From the NCBI GenBank assembly GCA_965197585.1, contig OZ240215.1:1760001-1824000 (forward strand): a DNA stretch of 64,000 nt. Reading direction: 5' to 3'. The stretch comes from Dehalococcoidia bacterium. GTDB taxonomy: Bacteria > Chloroflexota > Dehalococcoidia > Plut-88900. Position 1 is the stretch's first letter. Each line of letters begins with the position of its first letter. The position numbers and the translations under genes were made by a program. Positions 37,845 to 48,159 of the stretch are shown here, in pieces. The notes below the pieces were generated by a model. That model saw nothing but the letters and a program-made list of their open reading frames with translations. It made no database searches and was not told the origin of the DNA.

Positions 37845-38251
37845 AGCTACTCCTTGCTATTTCCTTGGACTTCTTCCTTGGATAGGCCTGGTCTCGCTTC
37901 ACAGGCCCTCTAGTAGTTTGTGTCCGCTTTGTTTATAGACTCACCTCCAAGAGTCCTGCGAAGCTCGTGGTTCCTTACAACCCAACGCAATTACTGCCTA
38001 AAATGCCGCGGCCCCCAGAGGGTAAATGGGGCTACAACAGATAACGTCGCAGTAATAAAAAGGTTACCTGCGGCGTTAAGGCAGAACGCACTGGGTTATC
38101 CGAGTAATAGCAGAATAGTAGGGTATAGCCGAGTCGAGCCCCTTGTCAAGTCGGCACTACGCATTAGGCTTAGATAGCCCTGTGTTTGGCCACAGTCCTC
38201 ACCATATTCTTGCCCGCTTGCAAGGCCAGAGTTTATATTGGCGCCGAAAAT

Positions 38252-39523
38252 ATGACTCCTCCCTTCGAAAACGGTCGACCACCCCAGGCCCTCGGCTCGA
38301 TGAATGTCCTTGACCTCACCCAATACGTCGCCGGGCCTTTTTGCACCAAGCTCCTCGCCGACTATGGCGCCGAAGTCATCAAGGTCGAAAGGCCGGGTCA
38401 GGGAGACCCGGGGCGCAGGCTCGGGCCTTTCCCCAATGACTCCCCACATCCCAACGCCAGCGGCCTGTTCCGACACCTGAACGGCAACAAGCTGGGTGTC
38501 ACTCTGGACTTGAAGCACACGACGGGCGTCAAGATATTCGAGGAGTTAGTCCGGTGGGCCGACGTTGTCGTCGAGAGTTTCAGGCCCGGCGTGATGGCCG
38601 GTTTTGGCCTTCCCTACTCGCGCCTCTCGGAGGTTCACCCGGGCGTGGTTATGACTTCCATCTCCAATTTCGGTCAGACAGGGCCCTACAACCACAACAA
38701 GGCCACCGAGATAATAGAGTACGCCATCGGCGGCCCGATGCTCTTTACTGGCACCTCAGCCAAAGAACCTTTGAAGCTCGGGGGTCGCGTGGGAATGATC
38801 TTCGCTGGTCAAGAGGCTGCAACGGCAACCCTCATGGCCTTCTACAGAAGTATGGGACGTGAATGTGCCGGTGAACACGTCGATGTCTCGATAATGGAGA
38901 CCCAGGCCGGATCCATCGATAGGCAGACCGCGCTGTTGCTCAATTATCAATACACCGGAAACAGGTTCTCCCGACTTGATGCCTCAGAGGCGTACCTGGG
39001 GGGCGTATACCCTGCACATGACGGTAACCTGGACGTTCAGGTCATAGAGAGATTTACCCAGCTCTTAGCTGGCATCGGCCAGCCCGACACCATCACCCCA
39101 TCTGAAGCTGTCGTCTTGACCCAATTTCTCGACAAATGGGAAAACGCAGATGGCAACCCGCTGGAGAGTAAAGAGCTTATCCGTGAGCTCGGTGATATTT
39201 TGGAGGAGTGGGTCCTGGCCCGCCCCGTGGGCCCGGCCTTGGCCCAACTCCAGAGGCATGGTACTTTGTCGGCCCCCTTCTACGATGCCGCAGGTGTGCA
39301 TTCTGACCCTAGTTTCAGACTGCGAGGCCTGTGGACCGCGGTCGAGAGTGCCAACTCGAGCCAAAGCAGATTCCCCGGTCGCCATACCATAATGGAGCGT
39401 ACACCGTGGCAACTACGGAGGCCCGCGCCCGGACTCGGTGAGCATAATGCCCATGTCTATGGCGAGATGCTCGGATACAACCGACGAGACCTGGCGAGGC
39501 TACGGCAGATGGGGACAATCTAG
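38252..39523 (+). CDS. CaiB/BaiF family III CoA-transferase
   Basis: VLDLTQYVAGPF, GAEVIKVERP, SNFGQTGPY, APGLGEHN. Confidence 0.92.
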   Translation: MTPPFENGRPPQALGSMNVLDLTQYVAGPFCTKLLADYGAEVIKVERPGQGDPGRRLGPFPNDSPHPNASGLFRHLNGNKLGVTLDLKHTTGVKIFEELVRWADVVVESFRPGVMAGFGLPYSRLSEVHPGVVMTSISNFGQTGPYNHNKATEIIEYAIGGPMLFTGTSAKEPLKLGGRVGMIFAGQEAATATLMAFYRSMGRECAGEHVDVSIMETQAGSIDRQTALLLNYQYTGNRFSRLDASEAYLGGVYPAHDGNLDVQVIERFTQLLAGIGQPDTITPSEAVVLTQFLDKWENADGNPLESKELIRELGDILEEWVLARPVGPALAQLQRHGTLSAPFYDAAGVHSDPSFRLRGLWTAVESANSSQSRFPGRHTIMERTPWQLRRPAPGLGEHNAHVYGEMLGYNRRDLARLRQMGTI

Positions 39524-39528
39524 CAGCC

Positions 39529-40851
39529 ATGACCTCTACCAAGCTTCCTCTTGATGGTGTGCGGATCGTGGACCAGACCCTTGCGTGGGCAGGGCCCTTC
39601 GGCACGCAGCTTCTGGCCGATTGGGGAGCCGAGGTGATTCGGGTCGAGCCTCTCCAATTCATGCAACGCGCAACCCGTGCCCCGAATATCAGGCCCTTCA
39701 AAAGGCCTACCTCCAACTGGGCAAACGATTATCCCGATGGCATACCGGGAGAGCGGCATTGGAACAGACACTTGATGTTCCAGGTCCATGGCCGGAATAA
39801 GCTAAGCATGACTTCCGATCTCCCAGATCCCGACTGCCTGGAGGCATACCTCAAACTCGTCGCCATCTCAGACGTTGTCATGGAGAACAACGTCCCTCAG
39901 ACCTATGCCAAGATCGGGGCCAGCTATGAGATGCTCCGTCAGGCCAGGCCCGACATCATCATGGTTAGGCTGCCCGCCTACGGCCTCCACGGGCCCTACG
40001 CCAAATTCCGAGCAGCTGGGCGTCAAATGGAGTCCATGGCTGGCCACAACTGGATTCGAGGGTACAGGGACGAGTCCCTATCCGATTCAAAGGACTTGAT
40101 ATCCATCAGAGGCACGACCTACCTCGCCGACGCCGTCGGCGGGGCTAGCGTAGCCTTTGCCACCCTCGCGGCCTTGTGCCACCGCAGGGAGACGGGGGAG
40201 GGTCAGTTAGTGGAGGTGGCGACAGCCGAGGCAGTGGTACATTATGTGCCTGAGTCGGTAATAGACTACGAACTAAATGGTCGTATCCAGGGTCCACTGG
40301 GTAACTCCAACCCTTCGAGGGTGCCCCAGGGCTGCTACCGATGCCAAGCCGACGACAACTGGCTGGTCATATCCATCGGAAGCGACGACGAGTGGTTGGG
40401 GTTGGTTCGGGTAATGGGCGACCCACCCTGGGCCCGAGAACGCCGCTTCGCTACTGTACTGGGCAGGTATCGTTTGCAGGAGGAGATTGATGAACACATC
40501 TCGGTCTGGACGCGGGACAAAGACCACGTCGAGCTGATGAACCTGCTGCAGTCCGAAGGTGTGCCCGCTGCCCCTGTCTACGACCAAAGAGAATTATTCG
40601 ACGATCCTCACATGAGGTCTCGAGAATTCTTCCAGGAGCTGCATCAACCATCAACAGGTACCCATCTGTATTCCGGCATGTCATGGAAAATGACTCAGAC
40701 CCCAAATGCCATCAGGCTGCCGGCCCCGATGTTGGGCGAACACAACGAGATGCTCTACAAGGAACTCTTGGGCCTCACCGAGCAGGAATACAAGAAGCTT
40801 GAGGACGCCGGCCACATCGGCAGGGACTACCCGCCCCACCTCTACACCTAA
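39529..40851 (+). CDS. CaiB/BaiF family III CoA-transferase (second subunit or paralog)
   Basis: WAGPF, GAEVIRVE, RNKLS, YGLHGPY, APMLGEHN. Confidence 0.92.
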   Translation: MTSTKLPLDGVRIVDQTLAWAGPFGTQLLADWGAEVIRVEPLQFMQRATRAPNIRPFKRPTSNWANDYPDGIPGERHWNRHLMFQVHGRNKLSMTSDLPDPDCLEAYLKLVAISDVVMENNVPQTYAKIGASYEMLRQARPDIIMVRLPAYGLHGPYAKFRAAGRQMESMAGHNWIRGYRDESLSDSKDLISIRGTTYLADAVGGASVAFATLAALCHRRETGEGQLVEVATAEAVVHYVPESVIDYELNGRIQGPLGNSNPSRVPQGCYRCQADDNWLVISIGSDDEWLGLVRVMGDPPWARERRFATVLGRYRLQEEIDEHISVWTRDKDHVELMNLLQSEGVPAAPVYDQRELFDDPHMRSREFFQELHQPSTGTHLYSGMSWKMTQTPNAIRLPAPMLGEHNEMLYKELLGLTEQEYKKLEDAGHIGRDYPPHLYT

Positions 40852-41045
40852 CCCTGCCACCCTTTCTCATTCCCCCGCTCACCCTATCACGGATGGAGCA
40901 TCCGCCTGTGGAGGATCCGCCGAGGCGGATGCGGAGTCGATGGGTCTAACGTGGGGAGACGTAGCGCACATGTCAACGGCAAAGAGAACTTGCCGCCAAA
41001 GATTTTAGCCCTGCCGCGAGCATATCTCCCGATAAAGTGAATGTG

Positions 41046-41978
41046 CTACCTAACCCGAGGCAGCACCTCTTTGGCAAAAGCCTCGTACATCTCCTCCAAC
41101 TGCTCGGCTGGGCATTTCATCGAAATCACGATGTGCGTCAACCCGACATCGATGTACCGCTGGATACCTTCTATACAGTCATCCACCGAGCCAAAAGCGT
41201 AGCAGCCCTCGTCCCCATCGGTTACCTCTCTTCCAGACCCTTGGCGGATTACGGAACTGAGAGTCTGCCACGCATCCTCTCTGGACGGCCCTATGCAGCC
41301 GTACATTAGACAACCCCACTCAATGGCCTCGAGGTCCCGACCGAAGGAGGCTGCATAGTCCGATATCTTATCCTTACACTCTTTGTATAAACGTGGAGGT
41401 GCCCTGTTCAGGAATCCATCGCCGAAACGCCCGGCCCGCCTCAACGGGCCCTCTAAGACTTTCCCGTCCCAATATGCTGAGGTCCAGATCGGCAGGCTGT
41501 CTTCTCGTACTGGCCTGGGTAAAATCGTCAAGCTATCAAAGTTAAAATATTCGCCCTGGTAGCTCACGTTCGTTTCATGCACCAGCAGACGAAGCACATC
41601 AAGAGCTTCATCGTTCAACTTTGCTCGAGAAATATGACCCACTTGGGCCGCCCTCAGGTCGGTCCGTAATATCCCCAGCCCCGTCCCCAGTATCAGCCTT
41701 CCGTTGGACATGGCGTCCAGGGACAACGCGGTTTTCGCCAGTTGCACAGGGGGTCTCGCCGGAAGAATCAGGACGCTGGTGCCGAGCCGAATGCGCTTCG
41801 TCCGGGTAGCCGCCCCCGACAGAATTACCAGGGGGTCCAGGTCCGGCGTCGTCAGCAGGTCGGGCACCCAGAACGAGTCATAGCCCCAGCCCTCAGCCTT
41901 CTCCGCTAGAGATGCAGGCTCGACTACGTCTAGCGCAGTGCTCCTGGGGTATGTGACCCCATACTTAACCCGAGCCAT
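41046..41978 (-). CDS. LLM-class (F420/FMN-dependent) oxidoreductase
   Basis: GYDSFWVPD, RIRLGTSV, LDAMSNGRL, FAKEVLP. Confidence 0.9.
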   Translation of the reverse strand: MARVKYGVTYPRSTALDVVEPASLAEKAEGWGYDSFWVPDLLTTPDLDPLVILSGAATRTKRIRLGTSVLILPARPPVQLAKTALSLDAMSNGRLILGTGLGILRTDLRAAQVGHISRAKLNDEALDVLRLLVHETNVSYQGEYFNFDSLTILPRPVREDSLPIWTSAYWDGKVLEGPLRRAGRFGDGFLNRAPPRLYKECKDKISDYAASFGRDLEAIEWGCLMYGCIGPSREDAWQTLSSVIRQGSGREVTDGDEGCYAFGSVDDCIEGIQRYIDVGLTHIVISMKCPAEQLEEMYEAFAKEVLPRVR

Positions 41979-42002
41979 GTCCGAATGCCGTGGCCCGCGT
42001 CC

Positions 42003-43697
42003 CTACCCGACCATATCACTGCTGCGCAGCAGCTTGCCGGGCAATGCCCCCGTGCAGTCATTCCCCTCGAAAGTGACGGTGCCGTTGACTATCGTGTAGC
42101 GCAGGCCCGTAGGCTTCTGGATTAGACGGCGCTCATCCCCCGGGAAATCGTTGGCGAAGATTGCCTTGTCATACATGAACCCCAATTCGTCGAGGTTGTA
42201 GATCATTATGTCGGCCCATGACCCTACTTTCAGGGTGCCACGGTCTTTGAAATCGGCGAACCAGGCGGGTAGGGCGCTCATCTTGTAGTGGGCCTGTTCC
42301 AGGCTCATGATCTCCCTGTCCCTGATCCAGAACTGTAGCCAGTACACGGGCCACGTGCTTCCTGTAGCGAACTTGGTGTGGGCGCCGCCGTCTGAGACGG
42401 AGATGTGGCCGTAGGGATCATTGAATCGCCTTGCCGCTTTCTGGATTACGTCTTCACCTCGCAGGGTGGGCAGGGCGAACGTCGTCTCTAAGTCCTCATC
42501 CAGCGCCAGGTCAATAAAAGCGTCTACGGGGTGCTTGCCCGTCATTTCGGCCACCTCGCTGATGGGCCTTCCTTCAAATTGGACATTCCGTTCGTGGGCT
42601 GTTTCCAACACCTTGAGGATGGTCCAGGTAGTCCGGAAGTGCGGCACTCTCTCTACATCTTCCTTCATGGCCTGTCGAGTCTCGGGCACCCTAAGCTTGG
42701 CGGCTCTCTCCTCGGCGCTGCCCACCAGGGGCTGCACCCAGTTGGGCATGTAGTCGTATAGATTGTACTCGGAAAGTTTGAATTCACTGTCGAAAGGCGT
42801 ACACACTAGCTGCGTCACCAACGGGAGCCCCTCGGCACGGCACGCCTTCAACCAGTCCCGACCCTCGCCCAGTTGGGCATCCAGTATATGAAGTGGACGT
42901 CCGCTCTTCCTCATCAACTGCGTAGTCATGTTTCGCACGGCAGTACGCTCGTCCAATTCCAGACCCGACCCAATAGTCACCCCTATGTGGCCAACTCCGA
43001 ACCCGCGCATGACATCCGCCATCGCCAGGAACTCTTCGTCAGAAGCAACCACAGTGGGCAGTACGCTCCCATCCTCTGCCCTGTCTTCCAGGTTCTTGTC
43101 CAGGGCAAAGCCAAAAGCCCCCGCCTCCATGCTCTCATGAAACATCCGTTTCATCTCGTTCAGCTCTACATCCGTTACGGAAGTCCTCTCCCGAGCTGCG
43201 TACATTCCCAGCACATAGCCCCTCATAGGCGAAAATGGGAACAGCGCCCCTACGTTCAGCCCGAGCCCCTGCCTGTCTAGGCTATCCAGATACTCTGGGA
43301 AAGTCTCCCAGTCCCAGCGCATTCCCAGTCTCATGGACTTCAGCGGTATGGCCTCGATTCGGTCCATCATCCGCATGTTCAGGTCCCGGTCTTCGGGCCT
43401 CGTAGGTGCGAAACCGAAGCCGCATTGGCCGATGGTAAGGGAAGTTACCCCGAACCACCCGGACAGAGAGGCGTACGGGTCCCAGTTGAGCTGGGCGTCA
43501 TAGTGGGTATGCAGATCGACTGCCCCGGGCGCTACAAAGCAGCCGGACGCATCGATCTCTTTGGCGGCGCCCACCGGAATGTTGCCGCTGATCATTGCCA
43601 CCCGGCCATCCTTCACCGCCACGTCAGCCTGACGACGGGGGACGCCTGTACCGTCTATGACCGTTCCGCCCCTTATTACCAGATCGTACTCTCTCAT
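42003..43697 (-). CDS. N-acyl-D-amino-acid deacylase-type amidohydrolase
   Basis: IRGGTVIDGTG, DLHTHYD, SDGGAH, DRGTL, TGALPG. Confidence 0.9.
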   Translation of the reverse strand: MREYDLVIRGGTVIDGTGVPRRQADVAVKDGRVAMISGNIPVGAAKEIDASGCFVAPGAVDLHTHYDAQLNWDPYASLSGWFGVTSLTIGQCGFGFAPTRPEDRDLNMRMMDRIEAIPLKSMRLGMRWDWETFPEYLDSLDRQGLGLNVGALFPFSPMRGYVLGMYAARERTSVTDVELNEMKRMFHESMEAGAFGFALDKNLEDRAEDGSVLPTVVASDEEFLAMADVMRGFGVGHIGVTIGSGLELDERTAVRNMTTQLMRKSGRPLHILDAQLGEGRDWLKACRAEGLPLVTQLVCTPFDSEFKLSEYNLYDYMPNWVQPLVGSAEERAAKLRVPETRQAMKEDVERVPHFRTTWTILKVLETAHERNVQFEGRPISEVAEMTGKHPVDAFIDLALDEDLETTFALPTLRGEDVIQKAARRFNDPYGHISVSDGGAHTKFATGSTWPVYWLQFWIRDREIMSLEQAHYKMSALPAWFADFKDRGTLKVGSWADIMIYNLDELGFMYDKAIFANDFPGDERRLIQKPTGLRYTIVNGTVTFEGNDCTGALPGKLLRSSDMVG

Positions 43698-43846
43698 CGC
43701 ATAACCCTTCGTTTACAGATTTGATTGCTTGCTATCTTTTGTATGCTATCGACTGGTCATCCTTACACAGATCAACCTTCCGCAAGTCGCTGAGGCACTA
43801 GAACTATGACTCAGGTCTGATGTTACATCATATGCAGTCGCAGACT

Positions 43847-44911
43847 CTACCAGGACTTCAATACCGGCAGGACTTCTTTCGCAAAGAGCCTCAAGCCTCG
43901 CTCCGCAACAGGAAGAGGCGTACCGCCGAAGCGGAAGGCGATGTTCAACTCGAAATCGCCAAGCAGGGCTCTGCGTTCCTCAAGCCCGCGTAGAATCTTG
44001 TCCGGCGTGCCCCAGCTAGCCGCCTTCATGAAACCCTTGACCGCCCCTTCAAGACCCGCCGAACGAGCGATTTCAGCTTTCTGCTGATACGCGTTGTATC
44101 CCTTCACCGACTTAAAGTGGTCGCTAAGAAACTCGTAGTGATAAAAGTTGCTCTCGACAAATTTGCCCTGGTATTGGAGCGCATCTTCTTCGGCCTCTGC
44201 CAGATCGGGGCCGCATATGGCGAATTCGGTGAGCAGCAAGGTTGGTGGCTCCGTACCGTGAAATTCACGGTGCAAGGCTCGGCCGCGCTCAATCCCCTCC
44301 ATCCGCATTTCCCAGGGACGATCAGCAAACATAATAATGTGTGCGCCAAGTTTGGCCGCCGAGAGAATAGAATCGTCGCTAGCGGCAACGGCGTAGATGC
44401 GCCCATCGAAGGAATGCTGCGGTCGAGGCCTGAGCTCCGTTCGAGGTTGTTTGAAGTAGGTCCCGTCTCCCTCAATGAACCCTGTCCGTAAGGCATCAAC
44501 GATCATGGGCGCCGCTTCGTCGAAACGGCCCCGAGACTCATCCATACTGATCCCAAAGGCCTGGAACTCCCGGCGCGCCAGACCTCGCCCAAGCCCCAGC
44601 CGTAGCCTGCCATTGCTCAACATGTCGAGAACGGCAGCGTTTTCCGCCACCCGCACCGGGTCATGCCAGGGAAGTATCACGGCGGCCGTGCCCACGTCGA
44701 TGTTGGGGTGCTTGGCAGCCAGATGGGTCATAAGCTGGAGATTGTCCGGTACGAAGGAATAATCGTTGAAATGGTGCTCCGTCGACCAGAGGCAGTCGAA
44801 CCCCAGGTCCGCAGCTATATCAGCAAGGTACAGGTCTTCTTTCCACATCTGACCGTCCGAGCCATCGTCCCAGCCGTAGCTGGAAAAGATCATCATCATT
44901 CCGACATCCAT
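43847..44911 (-). CDS. LLM-class flavin-dependent oxidoreductase
   Basis: WSTEHHF, LPWHDPVRVAE, LDMLSNGR, FAKEVLP. Confidence 0.92.
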   Translation of the reverse strand: MDVGMMMIFSSYGWDDGSDGQMWKEDLYLADIAADLGFDCLWSTEHHFNDYSFVPDNLQLMTHLAAKHPNIDVGTAAVILPWHDPVRVAENAAVLDMLSNGRLRLGLGRGLARREFQAFGISMDESRGRFDEAAPMIVDALRTGFIEGDGTYFKQPRTELRPRPQHSFDGRIYAVAASDDSILSAAKLGAHIIMFADRPWEMRMEGIERGRALHREFHGTEPPTLLLTEFAICGPDLAEAEEDALQYQGKFVESNFYHYEFLSDHFKSVKGYNAYQQKAEIARSAGLEGAVKGFMKAASWGTPDKILRGLEERRALLGDFELNIAFRFGGTPLPVAERGLRLFAKEVLPVLKSW

Positions 44912-44964
44912 CTGAGTTCTCCTTCAGATTCATTCAATTTGCTGACCCGCCCGAGTGATACGTG

Positions 44965-45807
44965 TCAAAAGCTCGGCTTGGTGGAAAAGGGGGTCAATTG
45001 GAGTTCGTGGCTCCAGCAGGACTTGTCCTGAGTGTACAGATAATAGAAGGCTTCGGCGATCTTAACTGGATTCATCAGCAATTCAGGCTGTTGCTGTGCC
45101 CGTGGCAGGGCTCGGGTGCCGGGAGAATCAATGAGGCCGTCGATCACCACATTGGCAACATGTACTCCATGCTCGGAATATTCCTCCGTCAACGCCTGCG
45201 CCAGCGTCCGCATCAACACCCTCGGATAGTATAGTGATTGTCCCGTGTACCGCTTTTTACCCCGCAACGACGCCGGATTGTTGGAAAACAGAATAGAGCC
45301 TTCGCCTCGCTCCCGCATGGCAAGCAGCACTTCCTTAACGACCAGGAACGGGCCGCTGCTGGATATGTGCTGTGCCGTTTCGAACATTTCGAAGGGAATG
45401 TGTTCCAACAATTCCTTTTCCGGCGGAAGGTCACGCCCCTCCAGATACCCCGCGTTATAGACCAAAACATGCGGGTCGCCGACCTTATCTCGGATCTGTG
45501 CGAACGCTTCCGTTATGGACTCCTGAGACGCGAGGTCCAGTTCCACGATCATGCTTTCGCCGCGCTGTTCCCGAATCGCTTCCTCCAATGCAGCCGCGTT
45601 GGCAGCCTTTCGGGTAGTCAACACGACGAAGAATCCCTCCCTTGCAAACTTTAGGGATATGGCTCCCCCAACCCCCCAGCGCACGTCAACGGGCAGCTCG
45701 CTGTCATCGATCGCCCCGCCGTGTACCAAATGGGTGTTCCGTCCGTCTGACTGCCACTTGGATGTCGCCCCCACCACTACGGCGACCGGCTTTCGGGTTG
45801 AGTTCAT
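44965..45807 (-). CDS. SDR oxidoreductase (divergent)
   Basis: VAVVVGA...GVGGAI with a ~27-aa insertion, YNAG, HVANVVIDGLID; ATG 45807 after AAGGA. Confidence 0.8.
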   Translation of the reverse strand: MNSTRKPVAVVVGATSKWQSDGRNTHLVHGGAIDDSELPVDVRWGVGGAISLKFAREGFFVVLTTRKAANAAALEEAIREQRGESMIVELDLASQESITEAFAQIRDKVGDPHVLVYNAGYLEGRDLPPEKELLEHIPFEMFETAQHISSSGPFLVVKEVLLAMRERGEGSILFSNNPASLRGKKRYTGQSLYYPRVLMRTLAQALTEEYSEHGVHVANVVIDGLIDSPGTRALPRAQQQPELLMNPVKIAEAFYYLYTQDKSCWSHELQLTPFSTKPSF

Positions 45808-45963
45808 GTTGGATTCCTTTCGTGGAGATGTATGCTGCCGGTGATCATCGAAAGTCTTTCCTGCTGGCAATGATCACTCCGCCCACCTGCGCTATAAGCA
45901 ATTCCAAATATAGGAGGATTGTTTCAATAGAGCCCAAGGAGGGTTTAGCTCCTTGGCACGGGT

Positions 45964-47946
45964 CTAACCGGTCTTCAATCCTGTCAACTTGCCGTCGATA
46001 GTCTCCGCCTCCAACGACAACCTCGCCCACTCCTCCCAGAGGGAGTCCGTCTCCTCTTTGAGTATGCGGTACTGCTCTCCTGAGGCGGCTATCTGGTCCG
46101 GCTCGTCAAACAAGTCGGGATTGGAGAACTTTGCCTCCAACTCCGCCATGCGGGCCTCGTGGTTGGCTAGGGAACCGTTTATTTTATCAATCAGCCTCGC
46201 CAGTCTGCGGGCCTCTTTGCTAAGTGACCGGCGCTGCAGTTCCTCAGCGCTGGTCGCCCGACCATTGCGGTTCCCACTCAGCTCCTGTACCAAGGAATCA
46301 ACATCCGCTCCGTTGGCCGTTGAATTGGCGCTCCCCTTGTTGGTGTTAGTTTGCTTTTGATACAGATAGCTGTCGTAGTCCCCCGGGAAAACCGTGGGTT
46401 GGCCCCCATCTATTTCTACAATCTTGTTTGCGACCTGCCGCATTAGTGTCCGGTCGTGAGTTATGAAACAGATAGTGCCGTGATAGTCACCAAGTGCGTC
46501 CGCAAGAATCTCCCTGGAAGCGATGTCAAGGTGATTTGTCGGCTCGTCCATGAGGAGCAGATTGCTTGGCTGTAACAGCAGCTTGGCCAAGGCCACCCTG
46601 GCCTTTTCACCACCGGACAGTACGGAAATGGGCTTGAGGACATCGTCACCGCTGAACAGGAATCCCCCGAGAGTCGTGCGCAGGTTCTGCTCCGTTTCCG
46701 CTGGTGCCGACTTCTGCACCTCTTCAATCATCGTGTTGCCCGGGTCCAGAAGTTCAAGCACGTGCTGTGCGTAGTAAGTAGTGATTACGTTATGACCGGT
46801 CTTTCTCTCCCCACTGTCAAATTGAATCACGTTTGCGAGTATCTTCAGCATCGTTGTCTTGCCCGCGCCGTTGGGCCCGACCAACGCAACACGATCTCCC
46901 CGCGAAAGTGTCAGACTAATGCCTTGGTAGACCACGTTTTTACCGTAAGACTTGCTTAGGTTTCTCAGTGAAATAACCTCGGAACCGCTGCGCGGGGGCT
47001 CCGGGAATGAATAGCGGACCTTTTTGGTGGCCCTCGGCAACTCGATGATCTTAATTTTTTCCAGCTGCTTCACACGGCTCTGCACCTGGGTGGCCTTCCT
47101 GGCCTTGGATCGAAAACGATCGATAAAGCGCATTTGTTTCTGTATCTGGCGCTCCTGCCTCGCCGAGGCCGCCACCTTGACCTGGAGGTTGCGCTCCCGT
47201 GCAAACAGGTAATCGTCATAGTTGCCCTTGTGAAGCACGGCTTCGTCCGTCTCAATGGCAAGTACCTTTGTTGCGGTCTGGTTCAGAAAGGCACGGTCGT
47301 GAGATGTGACAAGCACACCACCCTGAAAAGAGGCTAGATACTTCTCAAACCAGAGGTTTGCATCCAGGTCAAGGTGATTGGTTGGCTCATCAAGGAGCAA
47401 CAGGTTGGGCTTCCTGAACAGTATTCTGGCTAGTCCAGCCCGCATGACCCATCCACCGCTGAACTCGCTCATAGGCCGGAGAAAGTCGGCCTGCTTGAAA
47501 CCAAGGCCCGATAGCACAGCCTTGGCTTCGTGTTCTCTGTCGTTTCCGCCGGCCGCCTCCAACTCCATGTCAAGCTTGCCGAGGCGCTCCAGCAGGTAGC
47601 CCTGCTGCACAGGGTCGGCTTCCGATGACAGGACCTCCTGTACGGCGGCAATTTCACTCACTAAAGCGTTCACTTCCGATCCGGCGTCCAACACCTCTTG
47701 GAGAAGAGGCTTGCCGGTAAACGAATCGGGCTCCTGCTTGAGATAGCCCACGGTAACGTTGCGCTGCCTGGATACGCTCCCTGTGTCCGGAGCCATTTCA
47801 CCCGCCAGGATATCCATGAGCGTGGTCTTACCGGAGCCGTTTGGGCCAATCAGCGCAATACGGTCCCCGGCGGTCAGGTTCAATGTGAGGCCACTGAACA
47901 GGGTCCTGTCTGAATAGGTCTTGCTGATGTCGGATCCAACTAGCAT
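45964..47946 (-). CDS. ABC-F family ATPase
   Basis: Two NBDs ([16 protein letters not shown]), [13 protein letters not shown] twice, no membrane domain, C-terminal coiled coil. Confidence 0.95.
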   Translation of the reverse strand: MLVGSDISKTYSDRTLFSGLTLNLTAGDRIALIGPNGSGKTTLMDILAGEMAPDTGSVSRQRNVTVGYLKQEPDSFTGKPLLQEVLDAGSEVNALVSEIAAVQEVLSSEADPVQQGYLLERLGKLDMELEAAGGNDREHEAKAVLSGLGFKQADFLRPMSEFSGGWVMRAGLARILFRKPNLLLLDEPTNHLDLDANLWFEKYLASFQGGVLVTSHDRAFLNQTATKVLAIETDEAVLHKGNYDDYLFARERNLQVKVAASARQERQIQKQMRFIDRFRSKARKATQVQSRVKQLEKIKIIELPRATKKVRYSFPEPPRSGSEVISLRNLSKSYGKNVVYQGISLTLSRGDRVALVGPNGAGKTTMLKILANVIQFDSGERKTGHNVITTYYAQHVLELLDPGNTMIEEVQKSAPAETEQNLRTTLGGFLFSGDDVLKPISVLSGGEKARVALAKLLLQPSNLLLMDEPTNHLDIASREILADALGDYHGTICFITHDRTLMRQVANKIVEIDGGQPTVFPGDYDSYLYQKQTNTNKGSANSTANGADVDSLVQELSGNRNGRATSAEELQRRSLSKEARRLARLIDKINGSLANHEARMAELEAKFSNPDLFDEPDQIAASGEQYRILKEETDSLWEEWARLSLEAETIDGKLTGLKTG

Positions 47947-48159
47947 GTCGTTTTGCCTTGTCTATCATCCTATCCGCACGATGCAACTGCAAGGTGCGGG
48001 CACGGGTTTTCATAACAGTTTAAAATAAGTGCGCCTAACTTGACGGTATGCAATTGGAACAGCCGCTTGAGCGACTCCTAAAAGAGCCCTCCCGTCAGAC
48101 CTTGTTTAGACACCTACCGAATCCAAGGACACTTGAATGCCAACCGTGATAAGAAATCT

